Shown: positions 23,506-35,260 of the stretch, in pieces
How positions within the stretch are numbered: the first letter of the stretch is position 1
How the letters are laid out: each line of letters opens with the position of its first letter
Virus record (IMG/VR): IMGVR_UViG_3300044611_000766
Location: 314 to 64,313 of that record
DNA: 64,000 nucleotides
Origin: a virus
Taxonomy: Duplodnaviria; Caudoviricetes
Reading direction: 5' to 3' (one strand)
Notes under the pieces: model-generated
Told to the model about the DNA's origin: nothing
Seen by the model: the letters and a program-made list of their open reading frames with translations, nothing else
Databases searched by the model: none
Position numbers and translations under genes: made by a program

Positions 23506-26500
23506 CTATGCAAATATGTTCTGAGATAGTCCAGCAAAAATGTCAATTCCAGAATTCCCAAATGGATTAGAAACTGGAGTAACACTTCCTGATATTCCAT
23601 TTCTTGACATTAACGCTCTTAATTGTGCTGCGGTATCATCTTGGTTGCTTTCAGATCCAAATGTTGGATAGCTTGGATTCGTTAAATTTGCTTCACGAAC
23701 CTGTTGTGGATAGTAACCCATTTGGGACATCTCTATACCCATTGATTGTCCCATTTTAATCTTTACATGTTCCATATTTGTATTGGGGTGCCAGCCCTCC
23801 CAGCTTAATCCTGGAAGTTCATGCCTTGAAAAATACTCATTAAGATCTGGTCTTTCTTCTACCTTCATGCCCCAAGCTGATTGATAAATTCTTCTTTCTA
23901 ATCTTCCAGAAGTTGAAAGAATTCTTTTTCTTTCTCCTTGATCGGTTTCTTGAATCATAGCTTTAAAATGTTCACGTTTTCTTTTTGGAACTGCAAGAGA
24001 TAAAGTGTCTATAGAACCAGTTTGAAGATCTGCTCCATACATTGTTCTCTTTGCGGCTTGAGAAAACTGATTTGCAGATGCCATGTCTCCCATTTCTCTT
24101 GCCTCTGCTGCAAGAGATGTGTTTTTTACATAGCTAAGAATATCCGTATATTCCTCTAATGCCATTTGTTTTTTGCGTTCTTTTGGCAAAAATCTTTCGC
24201 CAGTTGTTATTTCTTTAGCATTTCCATACAAAGAATATGAACCTGCAGCAGCAAAGCCTGCAAGCGAACCAAAAGATTTAGCTCCTGCTGTTGCTCCAAA
24301 GAATGATCCCGCGATTCCTCCTCCAATTGCTGCTGCGATTGGATTTCTTTGTGTTGATTTATACAACATCGGCATGATGAAGCTTTCGATTGGATTCTGC
24401 CATTGAGGGAATGTTGCTCCATAAACATGCCTTCTTTCCCAATCTTCTTGAGCTGTTCTATTATTTAAAAATTTTGTATTAAAATAGGTGTCTCTATGCG
24501 CTATGTACTCTCCAATTCTTCCTGCTGCATATCCTTTTGCGTCTATGCCCAGTTCTTCTGGAGAAGAGCCTTTATATTTATAGTCAGAAAAATTATATTT
24601 AGAGGTTGTATCTTCTACTTGCGCTCTAATTTTTTCTAATCTAACCCTTTCTTCTCCTGTTGTAAGTTGAGAATTGATTGTTCTATCAAGCTCCCTAAAT
24701 TGCTTTGAATATGGCGCAACGTCTGCAAGAATGTCCAACTGAGTCAACGGACCATAGTCTGATGACATATTATTTATTCTTTCATAACCAACACCTGGTA
24801 GTCTAAACTCTCCTTCGGCAACTTTAGTAAAAGGATCGCCTTGTTGGAAGTTTATAAAATAATCAGCTCCTGGCAAGAAGGGATATTTATCTGCCATTGT
24901 GTTTCTAATTGGGTTAAGATAATTTACATTAGTTCTATCTTTTGGAACGAATCTTCTGATAATTTCAGAGAACTCAATATTTCCTAAGGCACCTTCTGCG
25001 GTGAGTGGCACGTCACCTAAACCACCAAGATTTAAGTCCCAAAAAGCTCTGCTGCTTCCGTAAGCTTTAGAAGCGGATTGGAGAACTGATCTTTGTGGTT
25101 CAAAGTCGCTTTGACCAAAACCAAATCCCTCACGCATTGATGCAAAGCCGAAACCGTAAATACCAAATGTTTCTTGCATTCTGTAGCCTATCTCACCAGC
25201 TTGAAAATTCATATTAGCGTGAGAAATTGGTCTACCTGCACCTATTACAGAAGGAGGAACATTGCCTGGCACCGGTGGAGGGCCATATTGATTCGCTGAA
25301 ACATATTGAGAGTTATAAGCAGATATTGTTCGCATTGACTGCTCTCTAGCAAGGCCCATTACCCCTGCATTGCCAGCCATTCTTGCGTTATAGTTTGATA
25401 TTGCACTATTTCCACCTGAGCCCACCATTTGGCCAGGCGCTCCAGCTCCAAAACCTCCAGTATATGAACCTGTACCAGGAATTCTTTGGCCATAATCCAT
25501 GGTTACTCTTCCCGACATCATTAATCCTTGTGGATTATATGCTCCCGACTGACCTGCTGGAACATACTGGGCCATATTTTGAGTTACTTCGTCAGCATGC
25601 ATTTGCAGTTGTGGCTTTAATAGCTTTCCTACTGATGCATTTAACACTGAAGTTACAGGGCCAAAAGGTCCACTAAAGTATTCTCCCGTTACAGGGTACG
25701 GCCTATCGTAGTAGTGTTTTCTCTCAAATCTATAAGGATCAAATGGCCTTAGTGGGGAAAAGTCATAGCCAAACGCTAGTTTTTCTGCTGGAGTTTCCCA
25801 AAAATCAGAGCTATATGTTGATGCGGTTTTTAATCTCTTGTACCAAGATGGTCTATAGTACATTGTTTTTCCACCCTCAAAAGGAGTGTTGCCAAGAGGC
25901 CAATATCTACCTTGCTTAATTGCAACTTCACCTTGGGTTAATTGTTCTTTCTTTTCCTGGTATCCCATTCCACCAGGAGTAATTCCTGCAGCTAGAGATT
26001 GAGCCTGCATTACTCCAGATGCTGCTTGTCCCAAAAAGAATGGAGAGTAAACTCTTTCTCCTCTAATATCTTTTTCGTTGACCATTCCACCGATTGTTCT
26101 ATCGGCTGCAAGCACTGTTGCGCCTCCAGCAACAACTGGCAGAGCCCTCTTCATTACCATGCCTCTTGCGTATAGATCTAGTGGACCCTTATAGTTGGAA
26201 ACATTAATTCCTGCGCCTACTGTGCCAAAATATCTATTTAATCTTTCAAAACCATGAGACATTGGGATTGATGCAAAACTTACAGAAGCTGGATCATTAT
26301 AACTATTTACTCCTGCTATATTTAAACCAACCTTTTTTCCTCCAGCTATTGATGCTGCTGTTGAAGCTGTCGGTACAAAAGTTAAAGATTGATTACCAAG
26401 AGGATTGCTTGCATACTCATCAACACTGTATGGAGCTACGCCAAAACGTCTTCTAAAAGCTGGTTTAAATGGTGCAGTAAATGATCTTACACCACTTGAA

Positions 26501-29500
26501 TTTATTATAGAGTTAGTTCCACGAATGTAAGGTTCAGCTAATGATGTAAATGCTTTTTTTGTTGAAGGATCTCTAGCTACTTTTATAAACTCGTCTAAAG
26601 CACTTGCCGCACTAACTCCTGTTGGCATTTTTGGCTGAAATGTTTTTAGTGCATTAAAGTTTAAAAGAGTGGAAAGACCAGCCGCTTTTGCTTCTGCTGC
26701 TTGGGCTGTAGAAAGTCTTCCATCTTTCAACATCTTTGTAACAATACTATCAATGTCTATGATGAGTTGAGATGGATTATTTACTCCTCTAGCTACAGCA
26801 TCGCGCTGAATCATTAGTCTGAATATTTCATTTCTTAATTCATCTAATCTAGTTGATAAAGCTGGAGATTTTTCTGCCATTTGAGAAACTGCAGACAAGT
26901 TTGTGTCGTCGAGCATTCCTCTAACTCTTGATGTTTGTCTAGTTAAACCAGTGGTATCAACCCCCCTAGCTCTTAAGCCTGGTATAGATCTGAATATATC
27001 GTCTAAAAGTGCTTCTCCAGTTGCTATTCCCTCGACTGGATTCGTTATATCAGTGGGACTCATTTGTTTATTAAGTGAAGGAACCGCTACCTGCATTCTT
27101 GCACCATATAATGATTCCAACTCTTTCATGAATGGTAGAGGAGCTCCATAATTAAACGGTTGCTCTTGGAATCTATCGTAAGCTCTTAAAACCTGTTTAT
27201 GATCATAGATAACATTATCAAGATCATCTACAACCTCAGCTCCTTTTGTTCCAGCTTGAAGCCTAAGAGTCCTTCCGCCTTTGTATCTAACTTCATTTTG
27301 CAATGCTAAGTCTATAAGAACTCTTGGATTATTTATATCATAATCCCTTTTACGGAATCTAGAAGCTAATTTAAATAAAGAGTTTGGCTGCTCTTCGTCA
27401 ACATCAAACCTTTTTTTCATTCTTTCCAAGAAAGAAAGATCCCTATTTCCTGCTGCTGCGTCCATCTCTCCTGTAGAAATGGATTTTTTATTAGCCATAT
27501 AACTTAATGCTCGAGTAAAGATATTACTTTCTTGAGGATTAACTATATTATAAAGACCTTTTAGTTGCGTTACCTTTGGAGACATCGTAGAGGCTTCTTG
27601 CCCCATTATTGAAAGATTTCCTTTTGACCCAAAAATGCCTGAGCTTTTCTTTGTCCAAATAAACATCTCAGCTGCGTGCGACTCAAGTCTTCCAAATGGT
27701 TGCATTGACATGCCACCTTGAATCTGAATTGGAGCAAATTTGTTAACCCCACTTGGACCACCAACTCCTAGCATTTGCATAGGATTAAATCTAACAATTG
27801 GTATTCTGAACTGTTCCGTCATAAAATCTTTTAAGCTAGTTGTTAAAGATTTTATTTTTGTTAGGTCAACAATTTCTCCTCTTTTATTTTGATACACTCC
27901 ATCAATTTTTGAAAAGCCTATTGATTTTGAAACGGGATCATTTATCTTTAGTTTTCCAGCTATGTCTCTTACGACATCTCTTTGTTCTGGTTTTAAATAA
28001 TTAAAAAGTCCACTATCAAAAGCTTCGTCAACCAAAAGTTGTTTCATGCCAAAAAGGTTATATCCACCAGAACTTGCTCTTGATGACATTGCTTTATTCT
28101 TAATTAAAAATGCTCTTAGTTCACCAAAGCTACTTGAGTCTATTCCTCTATTTTTTATTTGTTTATCAATTATTGAGGAACTTAAGTATCTACCATTTGA
28201 ATCTAATAAATCTATGCCAAGTATTTGTGCAGTTCTTCTTTTTAGAAATTCTTCTTTTGCACCTGTAAGTGGACCAACAAAATCTTGATAAACAGCTTTT
28301 TGTGGCTTGAGCATTGTTTGCCCATACGGAACTACTGAGTCGTTATAAAAAGTATTCCAGTAACTTTTTGTTTTTGCATTTAGTCTTTTTTGAAATTCTT
28401 TTTTAGTAAAAAGTGCATCTGTTGCGCTAATCGATCTTTTTAGTGCATCGTTTGTAAATTGATCTTCAACTTCAGGATTAGCTTTTCTAAATATTTTTGT
28501 AACGGTGTCATAAAAATCGTCATCTGTTTGAGATAAAATTCTATTTTTACCTATTTGTATTCTAACACTAGCATGCTCCATACCCCTGCTAGTTCTGGGT
28601 GTTTTAACTACATTAAGAGATCTTACAAACTTATCTGCTGCTTCATCTGAAGCACCATTTCTTCTTAAGTTTGCTGCAAGTTGTTCTTTATATACATTTG
28701 TTTTTAATACTTGTGCAAATGTTGCATCATCAACGGCACCACCACCGGGACCACCTTTGCCCATGAGTTGATTAACTGTTTCAGCGTAAGACGAAAACTT
28801 ACTTCTATGTTGCCCCTGAACAGCTCTAATTGCATCTTCTAGTCTATTAGTTGCGTCTAAAGATGGTCCTCTGATTAAGGAGACTGCATCAGCAAAAGAT
28901 TTAGATCCAGAAATAACATCATGGCCTATTTTTGCATCTCTAAACTTGCTATTAAAAGATCTTAATCCAACAGAAAATCCCCTAAATGCTGGTATCGTAT
29001 CTATTGCGCCATAATAACTTTGTGCAGTATCATCAAAACCTACAAAAAAAGCTTTAGCGTATTGACCTGCTTGATTTAACTTTGATTTACCGTCTCTTTC
29101 AGCTGCAAGTGCTGCGGCCTTTGGGCCACCTCTTGCTCTATACATTGCTTGAACGGGACCAACTTGATTTTGTTTACCTTGCTCTACCGCATAATTAAAA
29201 GCTGCACCAGCACTAGACATGTACTTGGTTGTTTCTCCAGCTATTTTTGAAAAATCTTGACCGACTTCTTCAAGAATTGTCCTAAGATCGGCGACCTTAT
29301 TGGCTCTTGCCATTTGTTTTGCTGTTAAAGATAAGTTTGGATTACTTGCGTATGGTATATCGTAATAAAATTTTGCTCTACCTAAAGCTGCGCCACCTAC
29401 TGCACCCATTCCTGTAATGGAGGCAATATTGTATACAGATTGTTTTGCAAAGTCTGCTAAAACATCCGCTGGATTGTACCATTTAACTTTCTTTTTATCC

Positions 29501-30139
29501 TGATTATGCCCAAAAAGTGGATCGGTTACAGCCCTTTGAGCCACATAAAGAGCAGGAAGCTCATAAGGAAGTCTTCTACCGAGTTGAACTAACTTTTGCT
29601 GTAAGTCATCTCTTGCCGTCCAAACAGCAGCAGATTCTCTTGTAATTCCTCCGCCAGCTGTTTGAATCTCGCTTCTAGTTAAATAGTTTCCACCCTCTAG
29701 CAAATGATCTCTATGAACAACCTGTGTTGCTCGACCAGTATTTAGAGAGCCGTCTGGCCCTTCATAAACTAGCCTACTATAAGGATCAACGCTATCATCA
29801 ACGTATCGAGTAACTCCGCTCTAGTTCATCTGCTGTACGTCTTAGTTTATTCCATGAATCAACAAATCTAGAAGAAAATTGCCCACCTGAATCTGCTGCA
29901 TCTTGAATTCTTTTTCCAAGCTTAAGACCCTGTCCTTTGACTACCCTACCTAAGACGGCGGAGACAACAACAGCTGAAGTAGTTGATGCGAAGAAACGCA
30001 TCATAGGATGGTCGTTTAATGCTCTAGCTATAGCTCCAGAATTAGGACTTGGGCCCTCTGATTCTCCCTCATTTATTTGAGCGTCTCTAGAAGTAACCCC
30101 ATGACCTAAACTGCTTATTGGTCCACGGTCTCTGATCAA
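23506..30139 (-). CDS. Tape-measure-like/large virion protein, ~2210 aa after a +1 shift at CGG-A 29818..29815
   Basis: Follows the tube and chaperone genes. Gly/Ala-rich hydrophobic stretches. TTG start with AGGA upstream. The +1 frame GVTRYVDDSVDPYSRLVYEG... bridges into ORF 23506..29703. Confidence 0.65.
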
Positions 30140-30154
30140 CTTTTATTCCTAGCA

Positions 30155-30778
30155 CTATCCCCAAAGCTTGCGAGCAATTGGGTCCTCAAATTTAGCTTCA
30201 CCATCTTTTCTAGATGCATTGAATCTGTTTGCATAATCTTTTTGCTTTTGCATTTCTTCTTCTGGATCAATCAATTGAAGAGAGACATTGGTAGATTCCA
30301 TGCCTGCGGCATTCTGTTGAATTTCAATAATTTTTTCAGACAAAGCAACGTGTTCAGCTAATTTAGAAAAAGTCATATTGTCAAGATCGGAAGGATGATA
30401 ATTTGGCATTGTTGCCAAAACAAAAGCCTTCATTAATGACCTGACCTCATTGGCTTCTTCTCTTTTTTGCTCTACTATTTGTTTTGCTCTTCTTGCAGAA
30501 GAAAATCCTGACTCCTCCAAAACTTCTTCTGCTAAAGAGGAAATAAGGCCAGCTGGATAGTTGTCTATGTTAAAATCTTTTGGATATATTACCGAGTATT
30601 TTATTATAAGATCTTCTATGTCAGCAGTGCTGCTATCTCCATTTTTTTGGAATTCAGATATATGATCAAACTCAGAAAAGGTTAACTCTCTAAAAAGAAT
30701 AGTTTGCTTTTTAATAGAGGTCTCAAATATTGACCCATATTTATTTTTTATCTTAAATATAAAAGATGGGTCTAACAT
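30155..30778 (-). CDS. Putative tail assembly chaperone
   Basis: KNKYGSIF...ILFRELT..E...YPAGLISSLAEEVLEESGF resembles the adjacent gene; lies between tube and tape-measure-like genes. Confidence 0.6.
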   Translation of the reverse strand: MLDPSFIFKIKNKYGSIFETSIKKQTILFRELTFSEFDHISEFQKNGDSSTADIEDLIIKYSVIYPKDFNIDNYPAGLISSLAEEVLEESGFSSARRAKQIVEQKREEANEVRSLMKAFVLATMPNYHPSDLDNMTFSKLAEHVALSEKIIEIQQNAAGMESTNVSLQLIDPEEEMQKQKDYANRFNASRKDGEAKFEDPIARKLWG

Positions 30779-30781
30779 TTA

Positions 30782-31294
30782 TTATAACTGTCTTACTTCT
30801 AGCGCAACGAAACCTGATGCTTCAAGAACTTCTTGAGAAATTAAAGATGGAAGTCCAGCCATCTCTCTGGTCATTGCAGCGATATCGTATGATGGGAACA
30901 GAATGCAAAGTTCTGCTATAGCTTCTTCATTCCAAAGATTAGCTTCTGCCGTAGACAATTGTCCAGACTGGACAAGTTGTTCCATTTTTCTAACTAAATT
31001 TTTGTATTCTATTCTAGAAAGAGGTCTCCAAGCAATATGCTTATCAAAAGATATTGAAGTTACATAAACATCACCATGTTCTTTTTTCCAAATCTTAATT
31101 TGACCTGCAGTTGGTCCATCTGGCCAAATCTCTTCTTCATCAGGAAGATCTTCTACCGAAGATATTGGTTCAAAATCATCTTCCTCTGTATTGAAGTCTT
31201 CATCTACCATTTTTGCAACAAGTGCCTCGTCAGAACCAGTTTCTTCCATTAGTTCTTCAGACGCACTAACTACTACTTTTCTTTTCTCAGTCAT
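30782..31294 (-). CDS. Putative tail assembly chaperone
   Basis: WKKEHGDVY...WRPLSR.EY...AGLPSLISQEVLEASGF; GGAG RBS upstream. Confidence 0.65.
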   Translation of the reverse strand: MTEKRKVVVSASEELMEETGSDEALVAKMVDEDFNTEEDDFEPISSVEDLPDEEEIWPDGPTAGQIKIWKKEHGDVYVTSISFDKHIAWRPLSRIEYKNLVRKMEQLVQSGQLSTAEANLWNEEAIAELCILFPSYDIAAMTREMAGLPSLISQEVLEASGFVALEVRQL

Positions 31295-31329
31295 TTTTTT
31301 CTCCTAATTATTTAAAATAAACCTAAAAC

Positions 31330-31340
31330 ATTATATCACA
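31330..31340 (-). promoter_or_regulatory. Extended -10 promoter candidate (TGTGATATAAT)
   Basis: TGnTATAAT in the intergenic gap ~35 nt upstream of the 31294 start. Confidence 0.5.
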
Positions 31341-31349
31341 AAATACTAT

Positions 31350-32372
31350 TTATGGAACCTGCCCATAAGTGGTTACATACTGAACTCTTTGTTGAGTTGG
31401 GGGTGTTGAGTTCTGAGTTGCACTTGTGCCCTTAGCTTGAGCTGCATCATTGGTTGCTGCTGTTTCGCTTGAACTTGGAGATTTTCTAGACGCTCCAGAA
31501 GATATGTACATATCCCTTGCTATAAACTGATACGTTTCCATTAGTGGCTCGCCGCCAGTAGAGTAGCCAGAAGCCATTCCAAGAAGCTGTACGCTCTGCA
31601 AAACAATGTCCATTTTATCAGATGCTGTTTTTTGAACTAGTCTTTCATTATAATCTGTAGCCATCAGCCTATCAAGCATGTCGTAGTTGTCATCGCCATC
31701 ATTGCCTTTATTTCTTGCTACTGTAGTTACAGAACCTTCTTGGGTCCCGTATTTAATAACAAAGTTAAAAGGAGGGTGTGCAGAGAATATATTTCTAGCA
31801 TCGTCTGTACTATTGTCAGAAGAAAGTCTATCTAACTGACTGTTTGCCCAGTATTTTTTAATATTTTTTTCATCATCTAATGATTCTACTCTACTCATCA
31901 AAAAGGATTGTATTCTTGCATTTGATCCTTCTGCGGTATAAAATCCAGCTCTTTTTTCAGCAGCTTTTGACAATAGGTCGTTCATTCTACCAGGGTACCT
32001 GGCATAGACATTAAACTCCCCAGTAATAATTCTTGTTCCAACCATCATTACATCATAGTTGTATGACCAAAATCCATATAAAGGTTGCTTTTCTTGCTTA
32101 ATTGCAAAAGCAAAGCTAGCTAAATCTAGTTCATCTGATTGATCAAAAAGACCATCTATATAGATCCTTACATCTTCTCCAGTAAAATAATAATCATAAT
32201 ATTGATTAAATTGTTCTGCAGAACTTGATTTTCCAGCCCATTGAAGATCTACATTTGGATTAAGTGGATCAAAGCTTCTTGCTTGTGTTGGGTCTCTCAA
32301 TTCATACGGCACATACGAAGTAAAAGGCCTATATGATTTTTGTCCAACAATCGAATTATAATCTCTTGGCAT
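31350..32372 (-). CDS. Tail tube-like protein (paralog 3)
   Basis: YFTGEDVRIY...FAIKQEKQPLYGF...GTRIITG...PPFNFVI...ETYQFIARD shares the tube motif order. Confidence 0.65.
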   Translation of the reverse strand: MPRDYNSIVGQKSYRPFTSYVPYELRDPTQARSFDPLNPNVDLQWAGKSSSAEQFNQYYDYYFTGEDVRIYIDGLFDQSDELDLASFAFAIKQEKQPLYGFWSYNYDVMMVGTRIITGEFNVYARYPGRMNDLLSKAAEKRAGFYTAEGSNARIQSFLMSRVESLDDEKNIKKYWANSQLDRLSSDNSTDDARNIFSAHPPFNFVIKYGTQEGSVTTVARNKGNDGDDNYDMLDRLMATDYNERLVQKTASDKMDIVLQSVQLLGMASGYSTGGEPLMETYQFIARDMYISSGASRKSPSSSETAATNDAAQAKGTSATQNSTPPTQQRVQYVTTYGQVP

Positions 32373-32380
32373 TTTTTATC

Positions 32381-33100
32381 CTAAGCTCTTGGAACTCTAT
32401 CTATGAAAGTAGTATACTCTGTTAGTTTGTCTGTAGAATCTGAATTCCAAAAATTCTTTTGCCTCTGCTCATATGCGTCATAAACATCGTCTGGAAGCAT
32501 CATTGGATCTTTTTCCATACTTACAAGTGGCTGCATTCCTCTGGCCATAAATGTGTATGTTTGCTCAGTGATAAGGTCGTCTACAGACATTGTGCCACCT
32601 TCGTCAACTATAGTAACGCCATATATCTTCATTTTAGATGCCATTCCATATTCGTTAAAAAAAGATAAAACAATATCAAATGGTGGCAACATGTCTGCTA
32701 AAGGAGCAAAGAACAAGCCTGTTTCAGACATCATCTGTCTAAATTCTTTTATTCTGTAGAATGCATATTCATTAAAAACAGTAAAGATTAAAGATCCAGC
32801 TATAGTCCTTCCGCCTTTAACAAAGCCCCTTGGATTAACATGCCCCAATGTTCTTATTGGTGAGTTTTCTCTGTGAATTGAATAAGAGATTGTTTGAATT
32901 TCTGCCATTTCAAGAATGTCAGATTCACCTACCGTCTTAGTGTTTCTATCTATGTTTGGAACAACTATTGTCGCAGATATATCGGTACCTGCATATGACA
33001 TATTTGAAAATGGGTCAGGCATGCCTTTGGCAACTCTGTTTGAAGTGACCCCACTTTCATATCGAAATATTTGATCTCTTTTTTCTTGAAGTGATGACAT
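32381..33100 (-). CDS. Tail tube-like protein (paralog 2)
   Basis: ISYSIHRENSPIRTLG..NPRGFVKGGRTIAGSLIFTVF...PPFDI...TYTFMAR is clearly similar to 33177..33866. Confidence 0.75.
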   Translation of the reverse strand: MSSLQEKRDQIFRYESGVTSNRVAKGMPDPFSNMSYAGTDISATIVVPNIDRNTKTVGESDILEMAEIQTISYSIHRENSPIRTLGHVNPRGFVKGGRTIAGSLIFTVFNEYAFYRIKEFRQMMSETGLFFAPLADMLPPFDIVLSFFNEYGMASKMKIYGVTIVDEGGTMSVDDLITEQTYTFMARGMQPLVSMEKDPMMLPDDVYDAYEQRQKNFWNSDSTDKLTEYTTFIDRVPRA

Positions 33101-33113
33101 TTAATCTCCTAAA

Positions 33114-33160
33114 AAATAATATGGAGGACATGAAACTAAATCACGTCCTCCATATTATTT
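33114..33160 (-). terminator. Intrinsic terminator/hairpin after the major tube gene
   Basis: AAATAATATGGAGGACGTGA-7 nt-TCATGTCCTCCATATTATTT followed by a T run. Confidence 0.75.
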
Positions 33161-33176
33161 GGGTTCTAATTAGATA

Positions 33177-33866
33177 CTATGGTCTAATAATTTGAGTATT
33201 TAAACCACTCTGTCCAGCTGCATCTGAGCTGATTATATCCTTAAGGTCTCCGGTGTTAAATCTGCCGAGTTGATCAGTTGTTATTCTGTACATCGGGCCT
33301 ATTTCACGGGCTACGTATGTCATTGTTTCTTCAATTACAATGTCATCCATAGAAGCTCCAGAACCTTCATTCAAGAGCTCTACTCCGTAAATTGATCTAA
33401 CTGCGCCTTGTCCATACTCGTTAACAAATGTTACTGTGATATCAAATGGAGGAATTTGATCTGCATAATATGGAACTTGCGATACAATATCGCGTGATTG
33501 ATCTGTAAATTCTGCAATACCTCTCTTGTGCTGAGGATCTCCAGGAAGAGTATTGTGTCTTCTTGTAAAGAACTTCATTGAGTTGTCTGTTGCATGGTGT
33601 GCTTCTATCATTTGGTAAAGAGCTGGGCGGTCAAAGACTGTGAAAATCAATGAGCCTGCAATACCTCTTTTACCTCTTGAGAAAGAGCGTGGGTTTGGTG
33701 ATCCCATGGTGTAAATAGGTGCCTTCTCTCTTGTTACTGAGAAAGTAATTCCAGAAAGTGCTCCAATTTCAACGCCACCAAAGGTGGCAACAATGTCTGC
33801 TCCAGAAAATGTAGTATAAGTATTTAGATACTTATTAACTGGGCCGTCATAGTATTCTCCTGCCAT
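33177..33866 (-). CDS. Major tail tube protein
   Basis: Directly after the sheath gene, GGAGG RBS, followed by a terminator; FSGADIVATF...REKAPIYTMGS..PRSFSRGKRGIAGSLIF. Confidence 0.8.
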   Translation of the reverse strand: MAGEYYDGPVNKYLNTYTTFSGADIVATFGGVEIGALSGITFSVTREKAPIYTMGSPNPRSFSRGKRGIAGSLIFTVFDRPALYQMIEAHHATDNSMKFFTRRHNTLPGDPQHKRGIAEFTDQSRDIVSQVPYYADQIPPFDITVTFVNEYGQGAVRSIYGVELLNEGSGASMDDIVIEETMTYVAREIGPMYRITTDQLGRFNTGDLKDIISSDAAGQSGLNTQIIRP

Positions 33867-33901
33867 TTTATACCCTCCAATTCGGTATTTTTATTTATGG
33901 T

Positions 33902-35179
33902 TTATAGGTTAATTGCTACTTGAACGTCAATGTTCTTGAGTTCAAATGCTGGTGTCAGAACGAGATCAACAATCGCTTTGTTTTCTGCTGGAATGTAACT
34001 TACTGTAAAGTCACTATCAAGCAAAGCTCCAATTTGTTGCATACCTCTTAAAGCTGATGTAATTGCAGTTTCCATTGAGTTACGAGTCTGAATGGTTGAT
34101 GCTTCTCCAATAAACTTCTGACATACTTGTCTAACCAAAAGAGCTGCTTCATTAATGATTCTCATTGTTGAAACTCTTGTATAGTCAGATGTTGAAGATG
34201 CCAATGTGAGACCTTCAATGAAGGTTGGTATCTTATTAAAGTTAAGAGCAATAGTATTTACTCCTGCATTAGAGAGTCTTTCTTGCTGAGTTCTTGTTGG
34301 GTTATATCTCATTGCAGCAACGTTATAAGCTGTCTTGTTGACTGGCGAAGTAAACGAAGCCATTCTGCTGATTGCTGCTGCCATGGTTGTTGCGCCATTG
34401 GCATAGCCCCAATCTGTTTCATAGTTAACTGGCTTAAGCTCGGAAGAAATGACAACAACGTGTCTACCAACTTCTGCCATATTTGTTCCATCTCTATCAA
34501 TAAGGGTGTAGAGAACGCTGCCTGAAGTGGCTGATGTATTAAGGTGTGTTGCAACCTCTGCTGGAGTCATTATTTCTGTAATATTTCCAGTACCAGGATT
34601 GTATGGCTTTACTCCCATGACTGCGAAACAAGAATGTGAATTCTCACAAATTTCTTTAACTTTTACAGCAATCTTGTAGGCCCAACTTGATGTTGTGGTT
34701 GTATTGTTTGCATAAAATCCATACTCTGCGTCATCACCAGGAGTTGCTGGGCTTTGCCAATCGTCTGGATGACCGCCACGACCCCAAGGAACGATAATGT
34801 CAGGTTGCGCAGCTTCTGCTGCTGCAAATGCTGCATCAAATACGTTAGTGCCAGAGTTGGAAGAACTTGTTATTGTTCCAGCTGAATGATCAAAAACTGA
34901 GTCAGCTGGCAATGGTACGATAAAGATTCTTTCAGCGCCTCCTGCTAATAGCTCAATAAATCCTCTGTGGACATGTGAGTCTTCGCCAAAAGCGTCGATT
35001 ACGTCTTGCTCAGTTGTTGCCTGAACTACGTCAAGGTCTTTTACCTTGCTTGAATTGTCGCCCGCAACTGCCACACCTCTTTTAGCGATTAGGCAGATTC
35101 TTGGACCGACAGGTATGTCCTGTCTAGAGATGCTATAAAAGCGATCTTTAATTACTGTTTTTACACCTGGTAGAGCCAT
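33902..35179 (-). CDS. Tail sheath protein
   Basis: N-terminal LPGV; C-terminal RVSTMRI...FIGE...VDLVLTPAFELKNIDV sheath-like domain; GGAGG RBS. Confidence 0.85.
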   Translation of the reverse strand: MALPGVKTVIKDRFYSISRQDIPVGPRICLIAKRGVAVAGDNSSKVKDLDVVQATTEQDVIDAFGEDSHVHRGFIELLAGGAERIFIVPLPADSVFDHSAGTITSSSNSGTNVFDAAFAAAEAAQPDIIVPWGRGGHPDDWQSPATPGDDAEYGFYANNTTTTSSWAYKIAVKVKEICENSHSCFAVMGVKPYNPGTGNITEIMTPAEVATHLNTSATSGSVLYTLIDRDGTNMAEVGRHVVVISSELKPVNYETDWGYANGATTMAAAISRMASFTSPVNKTAYNVAAMRYNPTRTQQERLSNAGVNTIALNFNKIPTFIEGLTLASSTSDYTRVSTMRIINEAALLVRQVCQKFIGEASTIQTRNSMETAITSALRGMQQIGALLDSDFTVSYIPAENKAIVDLVLTPAFELKNIDVQVAINL

Positions 35180-35224
35180 TAGTCTATAGACCTCCGATTG
35201 GGGCAGTTTGGTTTTAACTTCTTT

Positions 35225-35234
35225 TATATAGTAA
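35225..35234 (-). promoter_or_regulatory. Candidate late-promoter motif TTACTATATA upstream of the sheath gene
   Basis: The same 10-mer lies upstream of the protease gene (49763..49772), with variants before the portal and the 46102 gene. Confidence 0.45.
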
Positions 35235-35260
35235 TAACAAACTTATAAAAACAAACTACA

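Noticed and set aside
30770-30800. Lambda G/GT-type -1 frameshift between the two chaperone genes
   Set aside because: No slippery heptamer at the end of the first gene. It ends TAA-TAA-ATG and the second gene has its own start and looks like a full paralog.
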